A stretch of DNA of 64,000 nucleotides from Spirochaetia bacterium (GTDB taxonomy: Bacteria; Spirochaetota; Spirochaetia; SZUA-6; Bin103), in contig OZ241907.1 in NCBI GenBank assembly GCA_965203515.1, positions 1,056,001 to 1,120,000 on the forward strand, written 5' to 3'. Shown one piece after another: positions 9,439 to 19,631 of this stretch. Below the pieces are notes generated by a model. The model did no database searches. It worked only from the letters and a program-made list of their open reading frames with translations, and was not told where the DNA came from. Within the stretch, counting starts at the first letter, position 1, and each line of letters begins with the position of its first letter. Made by a program: the position numbers and the translations under genes.

Positions 9439-10568
9439 CGGTCGCGGTCGTGGGGGCGGGCGTCTTCGGGGCGGCCGCCGCCCTGGAGCTGGCCCGGCGC
9501 GGCTATCGGGTCACGCTGTTCGAGGCGGGCGCCGTGCCGGCGCCGCGCGCTGCCTCGACCGATGAGGCCAAGGCGATCCGCCGCGTCGGGTACGCCGGTG
9601 ACAAGGCCGGCTACGTGGAGCTGGTGGAGCGCTCCGCGGATCGATGGCACGCGTGGGAACGGGAGACCGGCCGCCACGTGCTGCACCGCACCGGCCATCT
9701 GAGCATCGTCCGCGACGCGGCGCGGGGATCGATGATGTATGAAAGTGTGCACATGCTGCACGATCGCGGCGCGGTCGAGGTGCAGGAGCTGTCCGCCGCG
9801 GCGCTGCGCCGGCGGTTCCCGCAGTTCACGGTGGCCGATGGCGAGGCGGGCGTCCACGACCCCTGGGGCGGCTATCTGGAGGGAGCCGCCGCGGTGCGCA
9901 TGCTCGTCGACTTGGCGGTCGACGCGGGCGTGACGCTGCGCGAGCGCACGGCGGTCGCCGCGGTGGGCGAACGCGCCGGCGCGGCCGCGGTGCGCGTCGA
10001 TGGCGTCGAGCACGCCTTCGACCGCGTGGTGGTGGCGGCCGGCGCCTGGGTCGGCCGACTGCTGCCGGCGCTGGCCCGGCGGCTGACGATCACCCGCCAG
10101 GAGCTGGTGCTGCTGCCGGCGCCCGACGACGCTGCGACGTTCGCCTGGCCGCGGATGCCGACTTGGGGCGCCGAGCCGGACGGCGAGCAGTGGTACGGCT
10201 TTCCGCTGCTGCGCGAGGGATACGTCAAGGTTGCCCGCGACCGGCTCGGCCCGGCGGTCGATGCCGACGTGGACCGCGCCGGCACCAGCGCGTTCGCGGC
10301 CGACGTAGCGGCGATGCTGCGGCGGCGCATCCCGGCGCTGGCCGGCTCGACGGGAGCGCGCGGCCGCAGTTGCCTGTACACCATGACGCCGGACGCGCAC
10401 TTCATCATCGATCGGGTTCCGGGCTCCGAACGACTGGTGGTCGCCGGCGCCGGCAGCGGCCACGCCTTCAAGTTCGGCGGCGTCCTGGGGCCGCTGATCG
10501 CCGGCGTGATCGAGGGCCGCCCAGACCCGGCGGGAGCGCCGTTCCGCATCGGCGGCCGGCTCGGCTGA
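9435..10568 (+). CDS. FAD-dependent oxidoreductase (sarcosine/fructosyl-amino-acid oxidase-like)
   Basis: GAGVFG, CLYTMTPDAHFIID, GSGHAFKF motifs. Confidence 0.85.
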   Translation: MTVAVVGAGVFGAAAALELARRGYRVTLFEAGAVPAPRAASTDEAKAIRRVGYAGDKAGYVELVERSADRWHAWERETGRHVLHRTGHLSIVRDAARGSMMYESVHMLHDRGAVEVQELSAAALRRRFPQFTVADGEAGVHDPWGGYLEGAAAVRMLVDLAVDAGVTLRERTAVAAVGERAGAAAVRVDGVEHAFDRVVVAAGAWVGRLLPALARRLTITRQELVLLPAPDDAATFAWPRMPTWGAEPDGEQWYGFPLLREGYVKVARDRLGPAVDADVDRAGTSAFAADVAAMLRRRIPALAGSTGARGRSCLYTMTPDAHFIIDRVPGSERLVVAGAGSGHAFKFGGVLGPLIAGVIEGRPDPAGAPFRIGGRLG

Positions 10569-10607
10569 TCGTCCATCGTGAACATCCCGGGTATCCTCTC
10601 AGGCGGT

Positions 10608-11153
10608 ATGGCCGATCGATACCTTGCGCTCCTGCGCGGCATCAACGTGGGCGGCAACAACCTGATCGGCAAGGACGACCTGCGCCACTGCTTTCAGGAC
10701 CTCGGCTTCGAGCGGGTGCGCACCTACATCCGGAGCGGCAACGTCCTGTTCCGCGCGCCGGCCGGCGGCGCCGCGCTCACGAAGCGGGTGGAGGAGGGGC
10801 TGTCCGAGCGCTTCGCGTACGCCGCGCGCGTGGTGGTGCTGTCGCGCGCCGAATACGCGGCTGCGCTGGCCGCCGCACCGCCGGCATGGGGCGAGGGCGC
10901 CGACCGCCGGCACAACGCGCTGTTCACCCTGGCCGGCACGACCGCTGACGAGGTGCTGGCCGACCTGCCGCCGGCCAAACCGGACATCGACATCATCGCC
11001 GCCGGCCCCGGCGTCGTGTTCTGGTCGGCGGTGAAGGAGCGCATCACCCGCTCGGCGTTCATGAAGCTGCCGACGCTCCCGGTCTACCGGCAGGTGACGA
11101 TCCGCAACCACAACACCGTCCGCAAGCTGGCCGCGCTGCTGGACGAGCCCTGA
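10608..11153 (+). CDS. DUF1697 family protein
   Basis: YLALLRGINVGGNN, VRTYIRSGNV, TIRNHNT. Confidence 0.9.
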   Translation: MADRYLALLRGINVGGNNLIGKDDLRHCFQDLGFERVRTYIRSGNVLFRAPAGGAALTKRVEEGLSERFAYAARVVVLSRAEYAAALAAAPPAWGEGADRRHNALFTLAGTTADEVLADLPPAKPDIDIIAAGPGVVFWSAVKERITRSAFMKLPTLPVYRQVTIRNHNTVRKLAALLDEP

Positions 11154-11216
11154 GTTCCAGCAGCATGATGATTGGTAACTTGACCAGTCGGGACCGCCCG
11201 CGGAACAGGGGGAGGG

Positions 11217-12722
11217 GTGATGAAACACTTGGTGTATCTGGCTATAGCTATAGCGGCAGGCGCTCTTGCGGTGATGGGATGTGGCGGAGTTGCACCTCCG
11301 AAGCCTGCAGATCCGCCGGCGGCAGATCCGCCGGCGCCTACAGCGGCCAAGTACTCCTGCGGCGATGGCTACGTCTTCGACGGTGATCAAGTGCCCGGGC
11401 CGGAAGGCGCGGTTGTCAATGATGTCTTCTACTGGGGTTCGAGCACCTCGGGAGCGGCGCGATGCTTCTCTGACACTCGAAACAACAGTATGGTTGGCGT
11501 TGGCAGCAGGGTAGAATCGAACGCAGGCGATGCCACAGGCGCAACAGTCATGTCAGTTACCCTTCCTGACGAACGCAGGTGGTATTTCATACTTGAATTC
11601 TCCGATGGCACCTACTGTTCTGCGGCCACTGCAGGGGATGGGAGAGCGGCCTGCTTTGCAACGGTGGAACGAGATGCTACCGGATTTCGCTTGGACGATC
11701 TCCCTGCTGTTACACTCCCTGTTCCTGCAGGCGCACCGGAGCCTCCTCTTGTTGAAGATCCCCCCGAGCCTCCTGTTGGCAATACTCATTTCCGGTGGGG
11801 AAGGATCGAAGAAGTTACTACCGACCAACGTAGGTGGTATCTCATACTTGGGTACGGTCCTGGTGAGATCGTCGACGGGCGCGACGACGGGCTGGGTGAC
11901 CCCGCCTGTATTGCGGCTACTGCCGGGGATGGGAAAGTGACCTGCACTGCAACAACGTTTGAAGGTAATGGTGACGATAAGTATACCACAGACGATCTCC
12001 CTGCCTCTACCTCGCCTCAATCTTCCGAAGGCACCGATGCCATATATGCGTACATTAGAGTTTTTAGTAGCCAGGGGGGTCTCTGGTATCTCGTGCTTGA
12101 ATCCCCTGATGGCACCTTCTGTTCTGTGGCCACTGCAGGGGATGGGATAGTGACCTGCACGAGCCATCCGTATCCTCCGCTGAGTGGTGATTGGGTCCCT
12201 CCCGGTGGTCCTGGTCCTGGTGGTGGCGACGGGGGCGGGGGGCAAACTGGTGCCCCGGAGCCGGAAGATCCTCAGCCTCGTTTCCGGTGGGGAAGGATCG
12301 AAGAAGTTACTACCGACCAACGTAGGTGGTATCTCATACTTGGGTACGGTCCTGGTGAGATCGTCGACGGGCGCGACGACGAGCTGGGTGACCCCGCCTG
12401 TATTGCGGCTACTGCCGGGGATGGGAAAGTGACCTGCACTGCAACAACGTTTGAAGGTAATGGTGACGATAAGTATACCACAGACGATCTCCCTGCCTCT
12501 ACCTCGCCTCAATCTTCCGAAGGCACCGATGCCATATATGCGTACATTAGAGTTTTTAGTAGCCAGGGGGGTCTCTGGTATCTCGTGCTTGAATCCCCTG
12601 ATGGCACCTTCTGTTCTGTGGCCACTGCAGGGGATGGGATAGTGACCTGCACGAGCCATCCGTATCCTCCGCTGAGTGGTGATTGGGTCCCCCCCGGTGG
12701 TCCTGGTCCTGGTGGTGGATAG
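11217..12722 (+). CDS. Lipoprotein A with five two-cysteine repeat modules (no recognised family); C-terminus probably truncated by a rearrangement
   Basis: Signal peptide and lipobox (LAVMG-C), Pro-rich linker, repeated WYxIL..C..ATAGDG..C; lower GC than flanks; paralogue at 21883. Confidence 0.75.
   Translation: MMKHLVYLAIAIAAGALAVMGCGGVAPPKPADPPAADPPAPTAAKYSCGDGYVFDGDQVPGPEGAVVNDVFYWGSSTSGAARCFSDTRNNSMVGVGSRVESNAGDATGATVMSVTLPDERRWYFILEFSDGTYCSAATAGDGRAACFATVERDATGFRLDDLPAVTLPVPAGAPEPPLVEDPPEPPVGNTHFRWGRIEEVTTDQRRWYLILGYGPGEIVDGRDDGLGDPACIAATAGDGKVTCTATTFEGNGDDKYTTDDLPASTSPQSSEGTDAIYAYIRVFSSQGGLWYLVLESPDGTFCSVATAGDGIVTCTSHPYPPLSGDWVPPGGPGPGGGDGGGGQTGAPEPEDPQPRFRWGRIEEVTTDQRRWYLILGYGPGEIVDGRDDELGDPACIAATAGDGKVTCTATTFEGNGDDKYTTDDLPASTSPQSSEGTDAIYAYIRVFSSQGGLWYLVLESPDGTFCSVATAGDGIVTCTSHPYPPLSGDWVPPGGPGPGGG
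11789..12718 (+). repeat. Near-identical tandem duplication, period 492 bp, inside lipoprotein A
   Basis: 11789-12226 recurs at 12281-12718; two substitutions noticed by eye. Confidence 0.95.
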
Positions 12723-12731
12723 TGACCTGCA

Positions 12732-13048
12732 CGACCGCGGCGCTGGTGAACTCGTCGGCCGCCGGCGCCCGGTCCTCACGCTTGGTCCGGTACCGAGTTC
12801 GGCGACCGACATGCGCCCCGTCAACACGCGCCGAAAGGCAAACGCCTCGACCGTGGCCTGTCCGATGAACTGCAGCTCCGCGTCGATCGGCTTCCGCGCC
12901 TGCAACAGCGTGAGGAGTTCCTGGGCGCCAAGGTAGCGCCATGCGACCTGTTCGCCGCGAAGTCGGCGGCGGCATTGTCGTCCACATGCCGCTCGACGAT
13001 GCCCGACATCTGTTGATCGATGATCTGCGCAGCCAGGGAGGTCATCAT
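12732..13048 (-). pseudogene. AIPR gene relic with multiple internal deletions
   Basis: Three juxtaposed pieces matching about 18412-18474, 18941-19118 and 19558-19625 of the longer AIPR copy. Confidence 0.88.
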
Positions 13049-13666
13049 TCAGGGTCTTCAGGCTTTCGTGTGGACGAGGTGGTCACGGCCGACACCGGCA
13101 GGGTAGAGGTCAAGGCCGCCGAGGTGAAAGTAGATCGCGTTGCGGAACCTCTGCCGGTTGCGAAAGCCGCGCGCTGCGTACTTCAACCTCTGCACCCCCG
13201 CGTTGATCGACTCCGCCCGCGCGTTGCTCACCCCCTGCACCACCGCCGTCACGATCCCTTCCAGATGACGCTTGACCATCCGCGCTACCCGCTTGACCGG
13301 CTCCAGACGACACCGGATCGCCGACCGGTACCACGCCTGCCACGCCTTGCGCGCCCACCCGCGAGAGCGGTACCTCCACAGCGTCATCGCATGTTCCTTG
13401 TAGCCCCAGGCGCGCGCGGTCTGCAGCGCGCTGTCCCGCAAGTCAGCGAACTGCCGCCAACGCTCGGCATCCATGTGCTCGGGATTGGTCAGCCACGCAT
13501 AGCGGCTGCCCTTCAGCCGATCATCACCGCTGCCGGCCAGCCGGCGGCTCTCGGCTCGCCGTACCTGGTCAACGGCGTTGCCGAGGTGCCGGGCGACGTG
13601 GAACTTGTCGAACGCGATCTTGAGCTCCGCGTCCGGCACGTAGGCGGCGGTCGCGATGATGTACGG

Positions 13667-14987
13667 TGGAGTTGACCCGCTTTCGTGGACACATCAAGAG
13701 TGAGGACGAGAGGAGGGAATACGATGGCGAGAACGCATCAAGCGTATCCACAGGAGTACCGCCAGCAGATGGTCGAGCTGATCCATGCCGGCCGCACGCC
13801 GGAGGACCTGGCGCAGGAGTTTGAGCCGTCTGCCGGCTCGATCCGCAACTGGGTCGCGCAGGACGAGCGCGACGCCGGGCAGCGCAGCGACGGGCTCATC
13901 GGTGAGGAACGTCAGGAGTTGCGCCGCCTGCGCCGCGAGAACAAGCAGCTACGGATCGAGCGTGACATCTTAAAAAAAGCAGCGGCTTGGTTCGCACGGG
14001 AGAGCGACTCGATCCCGGAGCGGGATTCCGGTTCGTGAAGGCGAATCAGGCCACGTGGCCGGTGCGCACCCTCTGCCAAGTGCTGGGTCTCTCCCCCAGC
14101 GGCTACTACGCATGGGTGCGCCGCAGGCCGTCGGCGCGAGCGCGGCGGGACGCGCAGTTGATGGGGCGCATCAAGGAGGTCTGGACCGCCAACCGCGAGG
14201 TGTACGGCCGGCTGCGGATACACGCGGAGTTGCAGGCAGCCGGCGAACGGGTCAGCGCGAAGCGGGTCGGGCGACTGATGCGGCGCGCCGGGATCGCGGG
14301 GGTGAGCCGCCGGCGTACGACGCGCACGACTACGCGCGAGCAGCGAGCGGAGCGGGTAGCCCCAGACTTGGTAGAGCGGAACTTCGCGGCGACCGAGGCG
14401 GATCGGTTGTGGGTGGCCGATATCACCTATGTGACGACGTGGGCGGGATTTCTGTACGTGGCGGTGGTGCTTGATGCGTGGAGTCGGCGCGTGGTCGGCT
14501 GGTCGATGGCCGCGCACCTGCGGACCGAACTGGTCCTGGATGCGCTGAACATGGCGATCTGGCGGCGTCGGCCGCAGGGCGTGGTGCACCACAGCGACCA
14601 GGGCGCGCAGTACACGTCGATCGCCTTCGGGCAGCGGTGCCGGCAGGCCGGAGTGAGACCGTCGACCGGCTCGGTGGGCGATGCGTATGACAACGCGCTG
14701 TGCGAGAGCTTCTTTGCGACGCTGGAGTGCGAGTTACTGGATCGTCACCGGTTCGGCGGTCGGGCCGAAGCGCGCATGGCGGTATTCGAGTTCATCGAGG
14801 GGTTCTACAACCGGCGCCGGCGCCACTCGGCACTGGGCTACCGGTCGCCGGTTGCCTTCGAGGCCGACGAAGCCGAGGCAGCAGCATGACGATCGGCTTG
14901 ACGGCCAACGCCATCGCGAGGACTGTTCCTCTGCGACGGGGTTGTGCACATCAGAGGTTACCCGTCCACCAAACCGGGACAACTCCA
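13667..14987 (+). mobile_element. IS3-family insertion sequence
   Basis: IRs TGGAGTTGACCCGCTTTCGTGGAC / TGGAGTTGTCCCGGTTTGGTGGAC (TG...CA ends); 3-bp target duplication CGG at 13664-13666 and 14988-14990. Confidence 0.95.
13724..14889 (+). CDS. IS3 transposase OrfA (13724-14038) and OrfB, joined by a -1 programmed frameshift
   Basis: HTH/leucine-zipper OrfA; A7G slippery site 13972-13979; OrfB DDE motifs WVADIT, HHSDQG, DNALCESFF. Confidence 0.93.
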
Positions 14988-15708
14988 CGGCTCCCACATG
15001 TCCATGGCGACCGTCTCGACAGCAGCCAACTGCTCATGGTCAAACTGCTGGTAGAACTCCTCCAACACCTCCTTGCGGCGGCCATCGGCCACGTGCACGA
15101 CGTGCCCGTCCAGATCGTTGATCACCGTCACGTACTCATGGCGCTTCTGAAACGACGTCTCGTCCACGCCGATCCGCGGCGGCAGCTGCACCTCGCGCCG
15201 TTGTAAGCCGCGGTGCACCGCGCGCTGCATCACCCCGTCGACCTCGTCCCAGCTGAGCCGCATCTGCTGCGCCACCGCCGCGATCGTGGCGTGCTGCAGC
15301 CAGTCGATCACGACCGCCTCGCACAGCGCGGTCAGCCGCGAGCGGCCTTCGCTCCACGGCACCTCGATCTGCTTGACCCCGTGCTGCCGGCACTGAGACC
15401 GCGGTACGTCGGCAGCCAGAACCGTGCGGTACTGGCAGGTGTCCAGATGGCGCCACCGCCGTTGACGGCTGTCGTAGCGGCGCGCGGCTTGGCCGCAGTG
15501 CGGGCAGGTGAGCGGCCCGCCGTGCTCGACGTGGACCACGATCTCGCCCTGCTGAAGGTTCAGTTCGACGTCGGCCACTCGCCACGGTGCCTCGACGCCC
15601 AGAATCCTGCCGTACAGTTCCTTGTCACGCATGGCGCCAGCGTAGCCTTGCTGGCGGCGCCACCGCCACCGTCAGGGCGCCCTACCCACACGAAACCCGG
15701 AAGCCCCA

Positions 15709-16267
15709 TCATTCATTCCGGCGGGCGGCGGGGCGGCCCGCGTGGCGGTGACGGTAACGGTGATGCGCGGCGCACAGCAGACGGAGGTTGTCGGGCTCGG
15801 CGTTGCCGCCGAGCGCATACGGGAAGACGTGATCGACCTGCAACAGGTAGCGGGAGCCGCAGCGGCGGCCGCTGCGCCGGTCCACGTAGCAGCAGCCCTG
15901 ATCGCGCGCCCAGACCTGCCGCTTGACCGCGGCGGGGATGGCGCGGCCGGCCGCGCGCGGCTTTCGCCGGCGTGAATGCGGCGCCCGCCGGCTGCGCAGG
16001 CCGCTTCTCCGCCGTCGGGGCCGGCCGTTGCGGGCCGCACTCCGTCTTCGGCGCCGAAGTGCCGGTGGCGGCCGGCCGCGCAGGCCGCTTCGCTGGCGCG
16101 GCGGCGTCGCGGTTCTCGTCCGCCCGCTCCATCGGCGGCGAAGTCCCGGCACCGGCGGACACTGCCGCTCGCTCGGCTATCGAGACCTTGGCGGCGTCCG
16201 ATTCGGCCCGATTCTTCGGCGCCGAAGTTAGCGCGGCGTCCGCGCGTCCACGTCCACGGCCGCGCCA
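15709..16267 (-). pseudogene. C-terminal part of an HNH endonuclease-domain gene (5' part missing)
   Basis: AIPAAVKRQVWARDQG CC..C..LQVDHVFPYALGG..NLRLLCAAHH; homologous to 26040-26310. Confidence 0.82.
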
Positions 16268-16284
16268 ACCAGGTAGCCGCATGC

Positions 16285-16314
16285 TTGACGTCGAGCGTCT
16301 GCAGACGGTAACTT
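16285..16314 (+). promoter_or_regulatory. Candidate sigma70 promoter for the hexapeptide-repeat gene
   Basis: TTGACG-18 nt-TAACTT, ending 8 nt before ATG 16323. Confidence 0.45.
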
Positions 16315-16322
16315 ACGCGGTC

Positions 16323-17405
16323 ATGCTGAAACTTGGTTCGAGGAATGCGGCAGCCGTAGCGGCGATGCTGCTAGCCGGCGCGGTCATGGCGCACGCGCAA
16401 GACGAATACAACTTCGGGGCCGGCCCGGTGCCAGCTCATCGCCACCCCCAAGGCGGAGGCTGGATAGCGAATACTGCCACGGTTGCCGAAAGGGTACTTG
16501 TGACAGCCGATGCGCGGGTTTTCGATAATGCGAAGGTTTACGATGATGCGCAGGTTTCCGGTGATGCGCGGGTTTCCGGTGATGCGCTGGTTGGCGGTGA
16601 TGCGCTGGTTGGCGGTGATGCGCGGGTTGGCGGTAATGCGAAGGTTGGCGATAATGCGCAGGTTTACGATAATGCGCAGGTTTCCGGTAATGCGCGGGTT
16701 TCCGGTGATGCGCTGGTTGGCGATAATGCGAAGGTTGCCGATAATGCGCAGGTTTCCGGTAATGCGCAGGTTTACGATGATGCGCAGGTTTCCGGTAATG
16801 CGCAGGTTTCCGGTGATGCGAAGGTTGCCGGTAATGCGCAGGTTTCCGGTGATGCGCAGGTTTCCGGTGATGCGCAGGTTGCCGGTAATGCGCAGGTTTA
16901 CGATGATGCATTGGTTTACGATGATGCGTGGATTTTCGGTGATGCGCAGGTTTTCGGTGATGCGCAAGTTTCCGGTGATGCGCGGGTTTCCGATAATGCG
17001 AAGGTTGGCGATAATGCGCAGGTTTCCGGTGATGCGGGGGTTTCCGGTGATGCGCGGGTTTCCGATAATGCGAAGGTTGGCGATAATGCGCAGGTTTTCG
17101 GTGATGCGTGGATTTTCGGTGATGCGCAGGTTGGCGATAATGCGCAGGTTTCCGGTGATGCGCTGGTTTCCGGTAATGCGCAGGTTTTGGGTGATGCGGA
17201 GGTTTACGGTGATGCGAAGGTTTACGGTGATGCGATAGTTTTAGGCAATGCGTGGATTTTCGGTGATGCGATGGTTGGCGATGATGCGCAGGTTTTCGGT
17301 GATGCGATGGTTGGCGATGATGCGAAGGTTTACGGTGATGCGATAGTTTTAGGTGATGCGCGGGTTATCAATGAACGAGTAATTCACGGGTACCGCGACA
17401 GGTAG
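16323..17405 (+). CDS. Secreted hexapeptide-repeat (beta-helix-like) protein
   Basis: Signal peptide ending AHA, then FGAGPVPAHRHPQGGGWIA and roughly 48 [GD][DN]Ax[VI]x repeats. Confidence 0.8.
   Translation: MLKLGSRNAAAVAAMLLAGAVMAHAQDEYNFGAGPVPAHRHPQGGGWIANTATVAERVLVTADARVFDNAKVYDDAQVSGDARVSGDALVGGDALVGGDARVGGNAKVGDNAQVYDNAQVSGNARVSGDALVGDNAKVADNAQVSGNAQVYDDAQVSGNAQVSGDAKVAGNAQVSGDAQVSGDAQVAGNAQVYDDALVYDDAWIFGDAQVFGDAQVSGDARVSDNAKVGDNAQVSGDAGVSGDARVSDNAKVGDNAQVFGDAWIFGDAQVGDNAQVSGDALVSGNAQVLGDAEVYGDAKVYGDAIVLGNAWIFGDAMVGDDAQVFGDAMVGDDAKVYGDAIVLGDARVINERVIHGYRDR
16507..17370 (+). repeat. 18-bp coding tandem repeat (consensus about GGTGATGCGCAGGTTTCC)
   Basis: Directly visible 18-nt periodicity; no spacers. 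Confidence 0.95.
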
Positions 17406-17551
17406 CCGCGCCGGCGAACCAGAGCCGGATCGAGCGGCGCCACGGCCGCGCCAGCTTCGCGTCTGGATCGCGCCGGCGCCCGGTTCGAGAGCGGCGCCCG
17501 GTTCGAGAGCGGCGCCGCTTCGCGTTTACTCGAAACTGTACAGCGGGCGGG

Positions 17552-17650
17552 CTACGCCCTTTGTGCCCGCGTGGTATCCGTCGGGGGCAACATCGGTTCG
17601 ATCTTCGCAATCAGGGGTTGCAAGCGGACTTGGTCATCATTCTTGAACAT
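17552..17650 (-). pseudogene. HepT/DUF86 toxin remnant (N- and C-termini fused)
   Basis: MFKNDDQVRL|QPLIAKIEPMLPP, overlapping the MNT stop; both ends resemble DUF86 termini and the core is absent. Confidence 0.65.
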
Positions 17651-17942
17651 ATTGATCTTCCGCGATGGCAAGCACGTCCCGGCGAAAGTATGGACTCAGG
17701 TCTTCCGGCGTTCGCAGGTCCACCTTGCGGCCGTCGAACAGCTCCGCCAACTCCATTTCCATGCCGGCAATGCCGAGCAGACCGGGAACGCGATTCGGTT
17801 GAAACTCCACCAGCATGTCGATGTCACTTTCCGGGCCGAAGTCGTCCCGCAACGCCGAACCGAAGATCGCCATGCGCTTGATGCCGTGCTCCCTGCAGAA
17901 CGCGGCAAGCGCGGGCTTGGACACGGAGACTTGCCGGTTCAT
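17637..17942 (-). CDS. Minimal nucleotidyltransferase (MNT/MntA-type antitoxin), copy 1
   Basis: GS-x10-DxD (FGSALRDDFGPESDID), GRKVDL. Confidence 0.92.
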   Translation of the reverse strand: MNRQVSVSKPALAAFCREHGIKRMAIFGSALRDDFGPESDIDMLVEFQPNRVPGLLGIAGMEMELAELFDGRKVDLRTPEDLSPYFRRDVLAIAEDQYVQE

Positions 17943-19625
17943 CGCCGCTCCTCTGCTTCCGGCTTCAACAGGTCGACCAGGTCGGCCCGGCGGAAGGCCG
18001 CGGCCAGCCGTTGCAGCGTTGGCGCCCGCCCGCCGAACAGCGAGCCGAGCGCAGCGTCGATCTGACGCTCGGCATGGGCCAAGTAGCGGCCGCCGTGCCG
18101 TTCGATCAGTTGCCGCGCCTGAGTGAAGTTGCGGTGATCGAGACCGGCGAGCGCAACGCCCATTTCTTCCAGAAGAGAACGGCCCAGGAGCATGGCGATG
18201 AACCGCGAGCCGTAGGCGAGGAAGTCGGGCGCATCGTCCGGGGCGTTCCTGCGGCGCGCTTCCGCCGTGCCGAGCAGCAGGGCGGCGACCACCGCCTGCG
18301 CGCCGTTCAGGTCCTGCGTGAAGATCGTGTCGTACAGCGCGCCGAAGTGGTCGCGGCCCCGGAACCGGGCCTGATGCGGCCGGCGTCGCCAGACCGCCAG
18401 CACCGCCTCCGCGACCGCGGCGCTGGTGAACTCGTCGGCCGCTGGCGCCCGGTCCTCACGCTTGGTCCGGTACCGGTAGCCCAGCCCGGAAATCGACGTA
18501 GCGAGGTCCTGTTGGCGCCGGTCGTTCGCCCGCAAGTCGCGCAGATCGACCGGGTTCTGACTGTTGGTGGCGAACGTGATCGCCTCCACCAGGGCGTCGT
18601 CGTGGCGCTCCAGCTCGTAGATGCGGACCAGCACCTCCGCCGTTTCGATGGCCGGCCCGATCTCGCGGGCGACCTGCTGCACGGTGCGGGCGGTCTGTCC
18701 GCCGTTGACGATTTGCAGGTCGTCTACCTGGACGCTCCAGTGCTCTCGTTGCAGCGCATTGTGGCGAAACTTGGAACAGACGATCGTGACGCCGTCGTTG
18801 TAGAAGTAGAAGTTGGGCCGCTGGTCCTTGCTGCGCAGGGTGGCCGCCACGGCCTCGTTCACCCGGTTGCCGGCAAGCCCCGGATAGCGGCGGATGTTCC
18901 GCTCGAACAGATGACTGTCGTACCGGTCGGTCAGCCGCGCGAGTTCGGCGACCGACATGCGCCCCGTCAACACGCGCCGAAAGCGTCTCGACCGTGGCCT
19001 GCCCGATGAACTGCAGCTCCGCGTCGATCGGCTTCCGCGCCTGCAACAGCGCGAGAAGTTCCTGGGCGCCGAGGTAGCGCCATGCGACCTGCTCGCCGAA
19101 GTTGGCGGCGGCATTGTCGATGCGCTGCTGCGCCTGCGCGGTCCACCGCGCCCCGTTGTTGGCGGCCACCGCGGTCACCCGCGGAATCGCGCCGGCCCTG
19201 ACGAACGAACGGACCTCCTCGACCCGCTGCGTCAGCCGCCGGTTCAAGGTAACCGGCCGCTCGGGATCGAACAGCACGCCGGCGGCGTCGATCATCTTTG
19301 CGATCCCGTTCTCCGGGAACGCCGCGCCGCCGCGAAGGTCGGATCGGTATTTCCCTTGCATCAGGACGATCGGCAGCTCGCCGTTCTCCGGGGGCGCGAA
19401 GTACAGAGCGTCCACGCCGAAGTCGTCGGCCCCATCGACGATCCCGTCGAACGCCTCCCGGTCAGTGAGGTCGAACGCCGTCCGGGCGGCGAGAAGCACG
19501 AATGCCGCCGAACGCATCTTCCGCTCGTTGCCCAGCCGAAGCTCGCCGGCAAGAAGGTCCGCGTGCCGCTCGACGATGCCCGACACCTGTTGATCGATGA
19601 TCTGCGCAGCCAGGGAGGTCATCAT
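17939..19625 (-). pseudogene. AIPR family protein, frameshifted copy
   Basis: Near-identical to 24345-26036 but with a 5-nt deletion near 18983 and NNG changed to NDG in FYFYNNG. Confidence 0.88.
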
Positions 19626-19631
19626 ATCCAC

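Larger units (their letters stand above)
13058..15632 (-). pseudogene. ISL3 transposase split by IS3 (14988-15632 plus 13058-13666)
   Basis: Zinc finger CPHC..WRHLD, GVDETS, MDMWEP|YIIA..FDKFHV and SNARAESIN..ARGFRN; reads in frame once the IS3 and one target copy are removed. Confidence 0.92.
13052..15707 (-). mobile_element. ISL3-family insertion sequence, interrupted by an IS3
   Basis: Terminal IRs GGGTCTTCAGGCTTTCGTGTGG / GGGGCTTCCGGGTTTCGTGTGG; 8-bp target duplication ATCATTCA at 13044-13051 and 15708-15715. Confidence 0.93.

Noticed and set aside
11789..12718. Diversity-generating retroelement template/variable repeat pair
   Set aside because: Both copies are in one ORF, only two differences were seen (G/A and T/C), and no reverse transcriptase is in the window.
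16371..17238. Alternative-frame repeat ORFs (NLRITG, MRRFPV, RKPAHH)
   Set aside because: By-products of the stop-free 18-bp repeat; only the GDAQVS frame has a signal peptide and promoter.
16507..17370. Possible CRISPR array
   Set aside because: The 18-bp units are contiguous, degenerate and coding; there are no spacers and no cas genes.
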